A stretch of DNA of 64,000 nucleotides from an uncultured virus (IMG/VR IMGVR_UViG_3300020050_008099) (IMGVR_UViG_3300020050_008099), one strand, 5' to 3'. Numbered from the stretch's first letter, positions 37,861-47,968 are shown. Made by a program: numbers and translations. The notes: a model not told the origin generated them from the sequence alone.

Positions 37861-38035
37861 TGGCTTTTTCCTTTTTAATAGTGTCGGCCTTCAGAGCCTC
37901 TGTAGCGGCTCCTACAGAGCCTTCTTTCTTTTTGATAGCACCATAGCTAAAGAACGCTACAAGCACTGTAAGGGCCATCCCAAGAAGTCCTGCAAGGTAT
38001 TTAAACCTCGAAGAGATAAAAGCTAAAAACATCAC
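37760..38035 (-). CDS. Putative i-spanin
   Basis: N-terminal transmembrane segment plus charged helix; in lysis cassette. Confidence 0.6.
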   Translation of the reverse strand: MMFLAFISSRFKYLAGLLGMALTVLVAFFSYGAIKKKEGSVGAATEALKADTIKKEKANAATFKEKRTADGLSDSDVLDRLRRRRDDWGSL

Positions 38036-38280
38036 TCTTCCTTAGACTGTTGTAAAAGTCTACCAATAGCCCCTAACACAGCAATCATTGTAATAAGGTA
38101 TGGATACCAGTCGTATTGACTAAGAAGAACGGTCACCTCTGGCGGGACCACTGCCCAGATGATAGGAAGAGCGGCCAATACAGCAAAGGCTTGCATAGAC
38201 CGCCATTTCCAAAAAGATTTCCAATTGTCTACAAGTTTCATGTGAACCCCTAAAATAAATTTATATTTACCCCTTGACAA
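38032..38280 (-). CDS. Putative holin (likely start ATG 38241)
   Basis: MKLVDNWKSFWKWRSM; two transmembrane segments; GRLLQQ. Confidence 0.7.
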   Translation of the reverse strand: MSRGKYKFILGVHMKLVDNWKSFWKWRSMQAFAVLAALPIIWAVVPPEVTVLLSQYDWYPYLITMIAVLGAIGRLLQQSKEE

Positions 38281-38323
38281 ACCCTAAAATCTGACTATAT
38301 ATAACTAGGGGTTTTTAATTAAC
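38252..38323. repeat. 72-bp element, exact reverse complement of 6710-6781
   Basis: Base-by-base identity; includes the last codons of the endolysin. Confidence 0.9.
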
Positions 38324-38865
38324 TCCCCCAGTTTATTAATAAACCAAGTAATGAAGTTATCTTTCTTAGGGGCTTTAGTGACATAGTCTACTACAGCGAC
38401 AGGGGATTTTTTCTTCCCTAACCAATCCACAACCTTAAATCCGGGACAAGCTTTAGCTGCATATTGATTATGACCACTAACCTTTTTGATACTAGGAAAT
38501 TGTCTTTGTAAATCCGCAATCACCATACGAAGAGTGTCGTCTTGAGCTTTAGTGAAATTCTTTTCAAAAGGGTCGTTAGCATTAGCTCCAAAACCTCCGA
38601 TTAAACAAAGGCCAATAGACCTTGTGTTCTTTCCTTCCACATGTGCTCCAATCTCTTCCCAAACATCACCATCTTTATCAAGATCACGACCTTTAGCAGT
38701 TTTACCATCTCTATCAATTAACAGAGCGTAACCAATATCTTTCCAACCACGATCTCTTACATGCCAATTACGGATTTCATCTCGTTTCTGGTTTATAGTT
38801 TTACCCTCAAACCATTCAGGTCTGGTGGCAGAACAGTGTACAATAATCTCGTCAACAATTCTCAT
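38305..38865 (-). CDS. Endolysin, N-acetylmuramoyl-L-alanine amidase (T7 lysozyme-like)
   Basis: IIVHCSAT; GWKDIGY; GAHVEG.N; GHN...KACPGF. Confidence 0.92.
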   Translation of the reverse strand: MRIVDEIIVHCSATRPEWFEGKTINQKRDEIRNWHVRDRGWKDIGYALLIDRDGKTAKGRDLDKDGDVWEEIGAHVEGKNTRSIGLCLIGGFGANANDPFEKNFTKAQDDTLRMVIADLQRQFPSIKKVSGHNQYAAKACPGFKVVDWLGKKKSPVAVVDYVTKAPKKDNFITWFINKLGELIKNP

Positions 38866-39119
38866 TTTCTCATATACTCCTCAATACTCGTTAGCTTTGC
38901 TAAGATAGACCCCATTGTACCATGAATTTCATTCATCTCTCTTTCGTGAGACTGTTTGTTTGACTCAGTTAAAGATGTAAGCACAGCGAGTTGAGTGCTA
39001 TGTTTATTAAGCTTATCATACAACATTGCAATAAAAGCTACTGCTGGGATAATGGCGTAATTCAAAACAAGGTTGATTAAATCCATTTTTATGCCCATGC
39101 CTTCACAATTAACACCCAC
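38862..39119 (-). CDS. Small membrane protein (holin or antiholin-like)
   Basis: One transmembrane segment plus coiled coil; next to the endolysin. Confidence 0.55.
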   Translation of the reverse strand: MGVNCEGMGIKMDLINLVLNYAIIPAVAFIAMLYDKLNKHSTQLAVLTSLTESNKQSHEREMNEIHGTMGSILAKLTSIEEYMRK

Positions 39120-40561
39120 TTAGTTGGGTCTAGGGTGACAGAAGCCCCCGTAGATTTGTTAGCGGTGGTAAATGGAGCCGAGGTGTCGGAATACCTAACA
39201 TTAATATTGGTAGAATCCACGTAACAAGAATTATTTCTTGCAGCCCCTGTAGAGTTGTTCATAGCGGCTACAACTAGGTCGTTGACAGCAAAGCCCCCAT
39301 CAGCCGAAGTACACTTAATGAAAAATTGTAACAGGGTTGGAACTGCCCCAAGACCATGCGCCAGTGTAACTAATCCTGCTGGTGTAATGGTTTGGTCAGT
39401 GGATGTAAACGACTTCTTAAACGGAAGTGCATCATAAACCGCTGCAGAGGTTGGGAGTGTTGTATCGTTGATATTCGATGCAATAGTTTCAGAAGCTGTT
39501 ACAAGGGTTGCTGCAGCAATTTCAGCCGTTGTGACACCTGTGACCGAGATTGTTGGGTTACCACTAACACCGTCCCCATTAGACACACTGATAGCCGTAC
39601 CTGCAGCGACGGACCTACTAGCCACTGTGCCAGCGCCAGTTCTCACTGTCAAGCCTGTTGTAGCTAAAGCGGCTAAAGCTGCAAGATCGTTATCGTAAGC
39701 TTGAACATCTGTCCCAATAACAAGGCCGAGGTTAGTTCTAGCCCCAGAAGGTGTTGAAGAACCTGTACCACCATCTGCAACAGCAATGTCTGTGATACCA
39801 GTGATTGAGCCGCCTGTGATAGTCACCGACCCAGAATTCTGCACTGCCATGGAACCAAGACCAAGATTAGTCCTTGCGTCTGTAGCTGTGGAAGCTCCCG
39901 TGCCACCATCTGTAATTGCTAGATCAGTGATGCCTGTAATAGAGCCACCAGTAATAGTCACCCCAGAAGCATTCTGAGCAGCCATAGTCCCCGCATCAGT
40001 TACGTTAGCTAATAGGTGATTATGGCTATTATCTACCACCGTGGTTGTAATACTTACATTTGCTGAACCGTTAAACGACACAGAGCCTGTGGCATCACCA
40101 CCTAAAGAGATTGTTCTGGGGGTTTGTAGAGTGCTAGCGGTTGTAGCATTACCTGTAAGGGTCGTTGCAACAAGGGTTGTAAAAACCCCTGTAGAGGGCG
40201 TTGTAGCACCAATTGTTGTTCCGTCAATTGTCCCAGAATTAATATCTACTGCATCTGCCACCAATGAATCAATATTAGCAACACCATCAATGTATAAATC
40301 CTTAAACTCCAAGGAGGCTGTGCCTAGGTCTAAGGTGTTATCTGTTTTAGGGCTTACCGAAGAGCCGGAAACCACCAAGTCTTGTACAGGGCCTACAACA
40401 GTGATTGGTGCGCCTTCACCTGTCGTGCCATCATGTTTGTGACCACCAACAGCCGCAAAAGTTGATTGTAGTGCATCAAACTCTTGGTCAAGCGGAAGGG
40501 CGTCCACCGTCGTCCCATTTGAAATGAGATTTAAAGTGTCTTGTCTAATATACCCAGTCAA
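39089..40561 (-). CDS. Tail fibre protein
   Basis: MTGYIRQ...HKHDGTTGEG N-terminus; repeated TITGGSITGITD/GGTGAST/ARTNLGL. Confidence 0.85.
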   Translation of the reverse strand: MTGYIRQDTLNLISNGTTVDALPLDQEFDALQSTFAAVGGHKHDGTTGEGAPITVVGPVQDLVVSGSSVSPKTDNTLDLGTASLEFKDLYIDGVANIDSLVADAVDINSGTIDGTTIGATTPSTGVFTTLVATTLTGNATTASTLQTPRTISLGGDATGSVSFNGSANVSITTTVVDNSHNHLLANVTDAGTMAAQNASGVTITGGSITGITDLAITDGGTGASTATDARTNLGLGSMAVQNSGSVTITGGSITGITDIAVADGGTGSSTPSGARTNLGLVIGTDVQAYDNDLAALAALATTGLTVRTGAGTVASRSVAAGTAISVSNGDGVSGNPTISVTGVTTAEIAAATLVTASETIASNINDTTLPTSAAVYDALPFKKSFTSTDQTITPAGLVTLAHGLGAVPTLLQFFIKCTSADGGFAVNDLVVAAMNNSTGAARNNSCYVDSTNINVRYSDTSAPFTTANKSTGASVTLDPTKWVLIVKAWA

Positions 40562-40563
40562 TT

Positions 40564-42081
40564 TTACACCCTTTCGTTAGGTCTGTATTCTAGAATCGCA
40601 AAGTTAATGTTAAATGGGGGTTGTTGAGAGGTGTTACTGTAACGAAGAGCAATAACAAAACCACTACCTACTAAGTTAGAATAGTATTGTTCTTGTCCTA
40701 AAGCTCCGTAAACTGCTGACCCGTAAACTGATAATGGTGACCCATAAATAGCAGAACCTGCTTGAGTGGATAACTCAAAAGGTTCAGAAGAGTTTGCATT
40801 ACTTTGCAGGTAATCAAATTTTGGTAACACTGTGATATTCATTAACCCTTGGGTTTTTGCGTACAAAGTGTGTTTGTAAAAAGTTTTTCTGATCTTAATG
40901 TCTGTAATTGGGATGTAGGGAGTTTCAAAAACAGCTTCAATATCTCCGCCGTCTAAAGAAGAGCCAGATTCCATACGATAGATGTAGTCTGTCCCAGAAC
41001 TAAACAAAATAACTTCTGTATCAAAATTCTGGTATTTATCTACGGCGTAGACCTTAAAACCTTTTAAAGAAGACCAACTAATATCGGTGGACGATTGGTC
41101 AGAAAACTTTACCCCAAGGTAACCTTTAGAAACCTGCGAAGGTTCGTTAGAGGAGTGTATAAAGAGCCTGTATTGACTCTTCTTAGATAAAGTGACTGAA
41201 ACATATCTCTTGCTTAAGGACAGATTAGCTGTCAAGTCTTCTTGAATATTACTAGAAGCTCTTGTTAACCCAAAATCATTATTTCGTTCAGAGGCAGACA
41301 AATACCTAACCCCATCTGGCCCTAGATACATAATGTCCCCACCAACCTCTTGAATAGTTTTTCCAGACAAGCAACCAGTATTAGTTGTAATGGTGGAAAG
41401 AACAAAATCCGAAGAGGAGTTGCCAGAAAGCCTGAAAATCTTGTTACGACAAAAGATAATCAATTCATCTCTGAAAACTTGTAAACCTACAATAGCGTCT
41501 CCAATGTTGATGACGCCAGCACCAGCACCCGTGTTAAAACCAGAATCAGTGTAAGGCTCTGTGAAAGACAGGAGGTTATTCTTGCCGTAGAATACATGAT
41601 TTTTAAAAACCTTCACAACCGAAGCACCAGTAACTTCGGTAGGTGGAGTAGACATAGCTGTTACAGCTTTTGTTGAGTGATCAAAGAAATAAGGATCGTT
41701 CACCCCATCCACACTCACCGTCACATCCGTCCCTGCAAAATTGTAGGTTTCAGAATTAGCCTCAGTGAACGCGGAAGAGGTCAATGTTAGTTTATCAACC
41801 CAACCTGCAGAAGTTCCGTAGTAAACTTTTGAACCTCTTGTGACTAAAACCTCTGATGGAGAGATGGTGACCACACTTTTAATTTGACCCGTGTTGGGCA
41901 CAGCAATTTCAATAAATTTTGAAAAGCCTTGAATTCTGGAATAACCACCCTTAACATCTGCTTCAAAATTTTGTAGGATGGTAGCACTTCCGGGGGCATT
42001 AATACCTTGTTCAAGTCTCCCCAAACTAGTAATCCAACCACCCTCAAATTTTACAGGGAAGGTTTCCCAACGTGTAGCCAT
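40564..42081 (-). CDS. Tail nozzle / tubular protein B-like
   Basis: Beta-rich 505 aa; synteny after the adaptor. Confidence 0.7.
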   Translation of the reverse strand: MATRWETFPVKFEGGWITSLGRLEQGINAPGSATILQNFEADVKGGYSRIQGFSKFIEIAVPNTGQIKSVVTISPSEVLVTRGSKVYYGTSAGWVDKLTLTSSAFTEANSETYNFAGTDVTVSVDGVNDPYFFDHSTKAVTAMSTPPTEVTGASVVKVFKNHVFYGKNNLLSFTEPYTDSGFNTGAGAGVINIGDAIVGLQVFRDELIIFCRNKIFRLSGNSSSDFVLSTITTNTGCLSGKTIQEVGGDIMYLGPDGVRYLSASERNNDFGLTRASSNIQEDLTANLSLSKRYVSVTLSKKSQYRLFIHSSNEPSQVSKGYLGVKFSDQSSTDISWSSLKGFKVYAVDKYQNFDTEVILFSSGTDYIYRMESGSSLDGGDIEAVFETPYIPITDIKIRKTFYKHTLYAKTQGLMNITVLPKFDYLQSNANSSEPFELSTQAGSAIYGSPLSVYGSAVYGALGQEQYYSNLVGSGFVIALRYSNTSQQPPFNINFAILEYRPNERV

Positions 42082-42082
42082 T

Positions 42083-42769
42083 TTATCGCCTTATCTGTCC
42101 AGAACGAACATACTCATATCGGTTAATATACATTTTTCGCATGTCTTCAACACCCTTTAGAAAGGTTTTTTCGGCTAAAGTAGCCTCTTCTAAAGCCCCC
42201 CTAAACGTATACGCAGGATAAAGAGCACCTTCAAGAATAACCCACCTAAAAATATCTGGAATAGTTGTTGTATCATCCCAATCTACTAAATCTTCAGGGA
42301 GTTTGTAATACTCGTAGTTAACTGTATAGGCTTTATCGGGGGGTGGCGCAAGGGTGTAGCTAAGGTTTCTATTACGAACCACAAAATCAGGAATAGTCTT
42401 GTATTCTGTCGAGGAGGTTTCAAATTCTGGGAATTCTTGGAGGTACTGTTCGTAATCTAGAATTTGAAGCCGTTTAGACTCCACGTTTAATGCTTCGTCA
42501 CCTTGAAGAACAAATGTGTCAAAAGCGACAGATTTAGCATCTGTCTGATAGTTGTAGATTGCTTGCTCTGGGATTAGAGTTTCTGCGAATTTGACATGGT
42601 TAAAGGGCCACTCAAACTCCTCCCGATTAATTCGGTTTATAGCAGAATTGACGTAATTCTTTGCGTCAGCATAAACCCCTGTAGCAGAGTTAAAATTTCC
42701 AGAGGTCAACGGCACCTCATTCAATCTTTTAAGAACGTCGTTTACTAGATTTAAAAAGGTTAAGGCCAT
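42083..42769 (-). CDS. Head-tail adaptor / tubular protein A-like
   Basis: TFLNLVNDVLKRLNE; EWPF; PPPDKAY. Confidence 0.75.
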   Translation of the reverse strand: MALTFLNLVNDVLKRLNEVPLTSGNFNSATGVYADAKNYVNSAINRINREEFEWPFNHVKFAETLIPEQAIYNYQTDAKSVAFDTFVLQGDEALNVESKRLQILDYEQYLQEFPEFETSSTEYKTIPDFVVRNRNLSYTLAPPPDKAYTVNYEYYKLPEDLVDWDDTTTIPDIFRWVILEGALYPAYTFRGALEEATLAEKTFLKGVEDMRKMYINRYEYVRSGQIRR

Positions 42770-42784
42770 GTTTTCCCCAATATT

Positions 42785-42818
42785 AAAAAAGGGGAGGCAG
42801 CAAACCTGCCACCTCCCC
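42785..42818 (-). terminator. Terminator after the capsid genes
   Basis: GGGGAGG...CCTCCCC-TTTTTT on the - strand. Confidence 0.7.
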
Positions 42819-42828
42819 TAACACCGAA

Positions 42829-43287
42829 TTAGGCCAGCGCGTCACGGGCTGCCGAAGACGGGACACTCGGACTACGAGAACCCTCAACAATAGCCACCAC
42901 GACACGGATTTTGCCGTCTGTTCTGACAGCCGTAGCCCCCAGAAGATTCAGTTCAACAGCAGTGGCCACAGTGGCGGGGCAAACTGCAGGCAGGTTAGCT
43001 GCCCAAGCGCCAGCCGTAGCTGTGGATGCCAAAGTGCCAGTAATCGCTGTAGTATCCGAACGAAGGACTAAAGTCCCCGTACCAGTGCCTGCAGTGACCT
43101 GTTCAATACCAGCCGCAACGATAATCGCCCCGGCAGGAAGTGTGGCAAGGTTAATGGTGTCAGTTGCTGTGCCCATCGTCACATCAGCCGACAGGTCCAC
43201 GACAAAGTCGAGAACCCGCACCGCTGCGCGATAACCAGCATCCAGACGACCATTCGTCTTGCGCTTAGACCAAGAAAGTGTAGCCAT
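42829..43287 (-). CDS. Capsid decoration / minor capsid protein
   Basis: A/T/V-rich; LATLPAGA; follows the major capsid gene. Confidence 0.6.
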   Translation of the reverse strand: MATLSWSKRKTNGRLDAGYRAAVRVLDFVVDLSADVTMGTATDTINLATLPAGAIIVAAGIEQVTAGTGTGTLVLRSDTTAITGTLASTATAGAWAANLPAVCPATVATAVELNLLGATAVRTDGKIRVVVAIVEGSRSPSVPSSAARDALA

Positions 43288-43298
43288 GTTTTATATCC

Positions 43299-44366
43299 TT
43301 ATGCCACGTTATATTTAGCTGTGACAAGGGCCTCAGGACGGAGAATTTTCCGACCGTACACTTGCAAGCCGCGAACCAGATCAGCAAAGGTGTCTTGCGA
43401 ACGCAGAGTTTCGGTCTTAGCCATATTCTCAGCAGTGGCAACCGCCGATTTATGACCAGCCAGAATCACACCATAGTTGCTGTTTTGGTTAGTCACGCCA
43501 ACCGTTGTCGGGCCAGTGCCCACTTTCGGCAGCGAGTTCGATTGGTAAATTGTGAAACCATGGATTTCACGGCCAATCTGACCATTACGCAGGCCACCCT
43601 TAGTCGAGGTGTCTTCGTTAAACAGTCGCGAGTCTTCATCACGCAGCATTTCAGCAAACACCGGGTCGATAACCAAGAAGCGACCAGCTTGGTCCACATT
43701 CTGCAAGTCAAGGTTACGCGACATACGCGCAATGACCGTCAGAGGCGAAACCAGATCAGTCGGTTTGGTTTGTTGACCGGGGAAACGAGGAGCAATCGGA
43801 ATCGAGTTGTCGCCGCCCGAAGTGAGGAACGAGCTTTTAATAAGCTTGTTCGAGGTCAGAAGTTCGTCAGCACCCGCTGTAGCAACAGCTTTGGTGCCCG
43901 GAATGTCACCAGCAACACGAGCTGTGTCAGCTTGACCATTCATCACCGATTGTTTAAAGCCAGTCATGTAACCAAGAACTTCAGCGTCAAACTGGTCTTT
44001 CAGTTTGAAACCCGCACGATCTGTGGCCAGAGCCATAAAGTTAATGTGCGAGTGGGCCTTTTCAATATCTTCCATGGCAAATGCAAATTCATTTGCTTGG
44101 TCGATGATCAGGGTGAAGTCTTCGTCGATGATGTCTTGCGGCTGGATAACTTTACCGCGCGAATAGGGACGGATTTGGATGTCCGGTTCGCGGATAATTT
44201 TAACCGAGTCACCGAAACTGGCAATTTCGCCAAAAAAATCGGTGTTAGTAACAGCTTGGACAACCGACGAACGCCGGAAAGCCAATTGAGCCTTTTTAGA
44301 ATAGATAACGGGCGAAAAATTGCCGTTAGGCAGGTTATTATGACCTGCAGCCGAAGGAAAAGCCAT
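43299..44366 (-). CDS. Major capsid protein
   Basis: NFSPVIYSKK; GEIASFGDSVKI; FADLVRGLQVYGRKILRPEAL; biased codon use. Confidence 0.92.
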   Translation of the reverse strand: MAFPSAAGHNNLPNGNFSPVIYSKKAQLAFRRSSVVQAVTNTDFFGEIASFGDSVKIIREPDIQIRPYSRGKVIQPQDIIDEDFTLIIDQANEFAFAMEDIEKAHSHINFMALATDRAGFKLKDQFDAEVLGYMTGFKQSVMNGQADTARVAGDIPGTKAVATAGADELLTSNKLIKSSFLTSGGDNSIPIAPRFPGQQTKPTDLVSPLTVIARMSRNLDLQNVDQAGRFLVIDPVFAEMLRDEDSRLFNEDTSTKGGLRNGQIGREIHGFTIYQSNSLPKVGTGPTTVGVTNQNSNYGVILAGHKSAVATAENMAKTETLRSQDTFADLVRGLQVYGRKILRPEALVTAKYNVA

Positions 44367-44527
44367 CTTTTTATCCTTTTGTTGATGGAATTAGGATTTA
44401 CGACCATCAACACGCAAGGGCCATCTTTTCAAGGGTGGAGATTTCTATGCCTAGAATCTCGGCCTTTATTCATATGGGTAGTCTCTTGTGTTTTATTGGT
44501 AAGACTTGATCAACGTCTTGTCTTGTC

Positions 44528-45310
44528 TTACCGCGCCGCACCTGAGAGGTCGTAGACGAAAGAGCCATTACGAATTGCTGTTTGAATAGCCTCTTCGTTT
44601 TTCTCATACTCAGCGAGCGACATTCTGCTAACTTGCGATTCCCTGTAAACGGTTTTATTACCTTCCGGGGGCACACTAGTTCCAGTCTTCTTAACTGCTA
44701 AAGCAGCTTCTTTATTGGTATCAACAGGTTTATCAAGAGTTTTCTTGTACTGTTTGATTGCCCAAATTACGTCATCAGCCTTATTCCCAAAAACCATATC
44801 TTGAATTGGTTTTGGTTGGCTGTTAGCCCAAGAGTGAAAATCCTCATCCTCGACTACTTCATCAAAGTCTGGGACGGCTTTTCTAATCTGGGTCTCTTGT
44901 TTAATTTTGTGTACTTCAAGTTGAACTTTAGAAAGTTCTTTATTTGGTTCCTCAACCTCACCAAGAGCAATTGCTCTGATAATAGAGGCCGCTTTGGGGT
45001 TAGCTCTTGCCCACTCCTCTGCCTCATCCGCACTAGGTAAGCTAGTTTTAGATTTTTCTGAAAGTTGCTTACGCAAAGCTTCAATCTCATCTAAGTGCGT
45101 TTGTTTTTCCTTTTCAGCAAAACGTCTCAAATCAGAATAACGTTTCTTAAAAGTCTCTTCGTCTTTATCGAGGGGTTTAGTCTCAACCTCAACCTGAGGT
45201 TTTTGTTCGACCTCAACCCCCTCTTCCTTGATCTCGTTGGTGTTAACACCTTCGAGTTTTGCAATTTCATCTTCCAACGAAGAGATGTAGCGCGGAATAA
45301 TAGCGTTCAT
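44528..45310 (-). CDS. Capsid scaffolding protein
   Basis: FKKRYSDLRR; coiled coil; C-terminal YDLSGAAR; upstream of the capsid gene. Confidence 0.8.
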   Translation of the reverse strand: MNAIIPRYISSLEDEIAKLEGVNTNEIKEEGVEVEQKPQVEVETKPLDKDEETFKKRYSDLRRFAEKEKQTHLDEIEALRKQLSEKSKTSLPSADEAEEWARANPKAASIIRAIALGEVEEPNKELSKVQLEVHKIKQETQIRKAVPDFDEVVEDEDFHSWANSQPKPIQDMVFGNKADDVIWAIKQYKKTLDKPVDTNKEAALAVKKTGTSVPPEGNKTVYRESQVSRMSLAEYEKNEEAIQTAIRNGSFVYDLSGAAR

Positions 45311-45349
45311 AGTAACCTTTCTGGGGCCAACATTTGTTGGGTAGCCATA

Positions 45350-46174
45350 TTATTTTGAATTCTTTTTGTCTTTTTCAGACTTTGTGGGTTCTTTATCTTC
45401 TTTTTTAGGTGTAGGTTCTTTACGTTGAATAATACCTGTTTGTTGTGCTACATCTTTTACAATAGCAGCCCCAGCCCCAAGCATTCCACCTCTTTGTGGT
45501 TTGTAATCACCAGCACCCTTAAGACGATCATACGATTTTTGTAATTGTCCGACTTGATCTGGGGTAAGTTTATTACCTTGTAAGTCAGTTCCGTTTTTTA
45601 ACATCTCTTCCATTTTAGTTGGAACAGTGTTATTTAAATAGTTTTGTCTAGCCCTCATGGCCAAACCCCCAAGTGGGACGGAGCCAACCAGACCCTCAAT
45701 AACTCGGTTTGGAGTTGAACCTAAGTTGTTTGCATAATCATTAAAATTTTTGTAAGACCATTTATCAACACTTCCTGCTAATCCTGTAACAGGTTCATGT
45801 GTCGATTCTCTACGACCATTTTGATTACCAATCATCCAAGGTGGAAGCTCTTCATTAGGAACCTCAATGGGTTTTGCAGCAATTTGGGGTTGCACAAGAC
45901 CCCCAGCAGCCATTTTTATAGGCTCTTCTTGAGTCGGGGCTCCAGAGACTTGCAACTCCTCCTCTTTAAAGGGTAGGTCATCACCAGTCATTTGTGCAAG
46001 GGCTTCTTTAGCTCTTGCTACAAGAGATTCAATTTTTTCTAGCCCAAGGTAACGAACGACATTAGCAGGGATGATATATTCACCTTCACTAACTTTTGCG
46101 TCAACATCATCTCTAACTTCTTTTGGCATTGCCCCCGGAGGAACTGGATTCCCACTAATTTTATCTACTTCCAC
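45350..46174 (-). CDS. Virion-associated protein
   Basis: DDVDAKVSEGEYIIPANVVRYLG; MAAGGLV. Confidence 0.6.
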   Translation of the reverse strand: MEVDKISGNPVPPGAMPKEVRDDVDAKVSEGEYIIPANVVRYLGLEKIESLVARAKEALAQMTGDDLPFKEEELQVSGAPTQEEPIKMAAGGLVQPQIAAKPIEVPNEELPPWMIGNQNGRRESTHEPVTGLAGSVDKWSYKNFNDYANNLGSTPNRVIEGLVGSVPLGGLAMRARQNYLNNTVPTKMEEMLKNGTDLQGNKLTPDQVGQLQKSYDRLKGAGDYKPQRGGMLGAGAAIVKDVAQQTGIIQRKEPTPKKEDKEPTKSEKDKKNSK

Positions 46175-47784
46175 GGCTTCTTCTTTCTAGTGTTGGCCCA
46201 ATTCTCATTCTCTATCAAGAGATTATTTAAGACCTTTTTGAAATCATAGTGATCAAACAAAGTCGATAAATTCTTGTCATAGTCATTTTTAGGATGTCTG
46301 AGAGAACGTTGTTCAGGGGTTAGCTTTCTACGGTTTGCAGTGGCTCTTGCCTCTGCCTCCCCAATATCCCGTTCGTACAAATCGAACGATAACTCTTTTA
46401 ATTCTGCTTGTTTGTCACTGGGAATGGCTGGAAAATAGCTATAAGTTCCTCGTCTCATACCACCAGAATAATAATTAGTTAGGTCTGAAAACTGATCTAA
46501 AGCATCCAAAAATTCCTCTGACAAACGACTCTTATAGACTTCACGCTCTTCAGTTATTTTTTTAAAGAATCTATCCCAGTCTTCCGCTAAAACGTCTGGG
46601 GTATCCCCCCACAAATCATCTTCCCCAGCAATTCCCCAACCTTTTGGGGATTTTTGATTTAAAACTTCTTGTCGAAGTTCTAGGTTTTTATACTGTTGGT
46701 GGAAAAGTTTGGAGTCTAATAAGTATTCTAAAGCATCTCTAGGAAGTTGTGAAAGGGTTTTATCTAAAGCTATTTGAACACCCTCTGGATTACTGCCAAC
46801 CCCAAGGACACCACCATCGGCTGTTTGCTCTAAGTGTTGCAACTCGTGCAGGAGGGTTTTCTTTAGGTCTTCCTCAGACAAAGCCTCAACTTCTATGTCA
46901 CCAGTGTTTGGATTAAACAAACCGGAGTTTACATCATCCTTAGAGAGTTTTAAATCATTCGGGCCGATTTGTGAGCTAAAATGACTTTTAGTGTTTAGGG
47001 CATCCCAAAACTCTGGGTGGTCCACCATTTGGGTTGTATTTCCCGTGACAGTTAAACCTTTGGATTGGTTTTTCCACGCTTTAAGCAGTTGTGGACTAAT
47101 CTCCATCTTATCATCAGAGATTTCAAATCTCCAACCATTAGGACTATTCCACCAACCAGTCCTCATCCAAATCTCTTCGTCTGAGTAATTACCTTGGTTT
47201 ACCATCTTCTCAGCTTCTGCCAAAGCAACTTTATCAGCTTTAGGAGAATTGGGTCCAAAGAACATCCTTACGACAGTGGGGTCATAGCTCTTGGCAAGGA
47301 CTTTCCCAGCCTCTTGGAGACCTTTTGAGATGGCCTTACCACCGGGGAGGGCTTCTGCTACACTAAGGGCAGTATTAGCCGCTCCTGCGGCCATTTGGCC
47401 CTTGTCCCCAGCTTCCCAACCCTCTTTAAATTGTTTACCACCCTCCTCGGCACCAAAGATAACTCCAAGAGGGGTTAAATCAGCCGCTCCAACAGGGTTA
47501 TTAGGATTTGTTCCAGCAAGGTTAGAGGAAATTCTATAAGCTTCTCCTTTTGGTAAACCTAAATCTTCACCAATTGTTTGGAGATTACTTTGAAAATTTT
47601 CTCTTCTAGTCGGGGTGTAAGCAGTTAGCGTATCTGTAGTTTGGTAATTAGGGTCTGGTTGAGACGGAGTGAACCACCCCGCCTCTTCCAGTTCCTGTTT
47701 TGTATACCCAGCCGCATAGAGGTCTTCCTCATCCGCGCCTTCGCCAATGTAGGATAGCAGGCTATTAAGACGTTTCTCGTCCAT
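46165..47784 (-). CDS. LPD23-like polyvalent-protein domain with zincin HExxH
   Basis: IWMRTGW...WRFEISD; LLHELQH; GEAEARAT..R. Confidence 0.7.
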   Translation of the reverse strand: MDEKRLNSLLSYIGEGADEEDLYAAGYTKQELEEAGWFTPSQPDPNYQTTDTLTAYTPTRRENFQSNLQTIGEDLGLPKGEAYRISSNLAGTNPNNPVGAADLTPLGVIFGAEEGGKQFKEGWEAGDKGQMAAGAANTALSVAEALPGGKAISKGLQEAGKVLAKSYDPTVVRMFFGPNSPKADKVALAEAEKMVNQGNYSDEEIWMRTGWWNSPNGWRFEISDDKMEISPQLLKAWKNQSKGLTVTGNTTQMVDHPEFWDALNTKSHFSSQIGPNDLKLSKDDVNSGLFNPNTGDIEVEALSEEDLKKTLLHELQHLEQTADGGVLGVGSNPEGVQIALDKTLSQLPRDALEYLLDSKLFHQQYKNLELRQEVLNQKSPKGWGIAGEDDLWGDTPDVLAEDWDRFFKKITEEREVYKSRLSEEFLDALDQFSDLTNYYSGGMRRGTYSYFPAIPSDKQAELKELSFDLYERDIGEAEARATANRRKLTPEQRSLRHPKNDYDKNLSTLFDHYDFKKVLNNLLIENENWANTRKKKPWK

Positions 47785-47968
47785 TTAATTCATCCCTCAA
47801 CCGTTCCATACGTTTGTAAGCAGTTAGTTGACCCTGCAGTCTGTAAATAATGTGTGGGTCAACAGCCCCTTCAAGTTGGAGACGAAGTTCAATGATACGA
47901 GAATTGACCCATTTGTGAAAATCTTCTTTCACCAAAGGTGTGTTAAGTGCTTGTTTAAGAAATTCCAC
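47765..47968 (-). CDS. Small conserved protein after the portal
   Basis: IYRLQGQ motif. Confidence 0.65.
   Translation of the reverse strand: MEFLKQALNTPLVKEDFHKWVNSRIIELRLQLEGAVDPHIIYRLQGQLTAYKRMERLRDELNGRETS

Noticed and set aside
43362..44555. 397-aa + strand ORF
   Set aside because: Antisense shadow of the codon-biased major capsid gene; no motifs.
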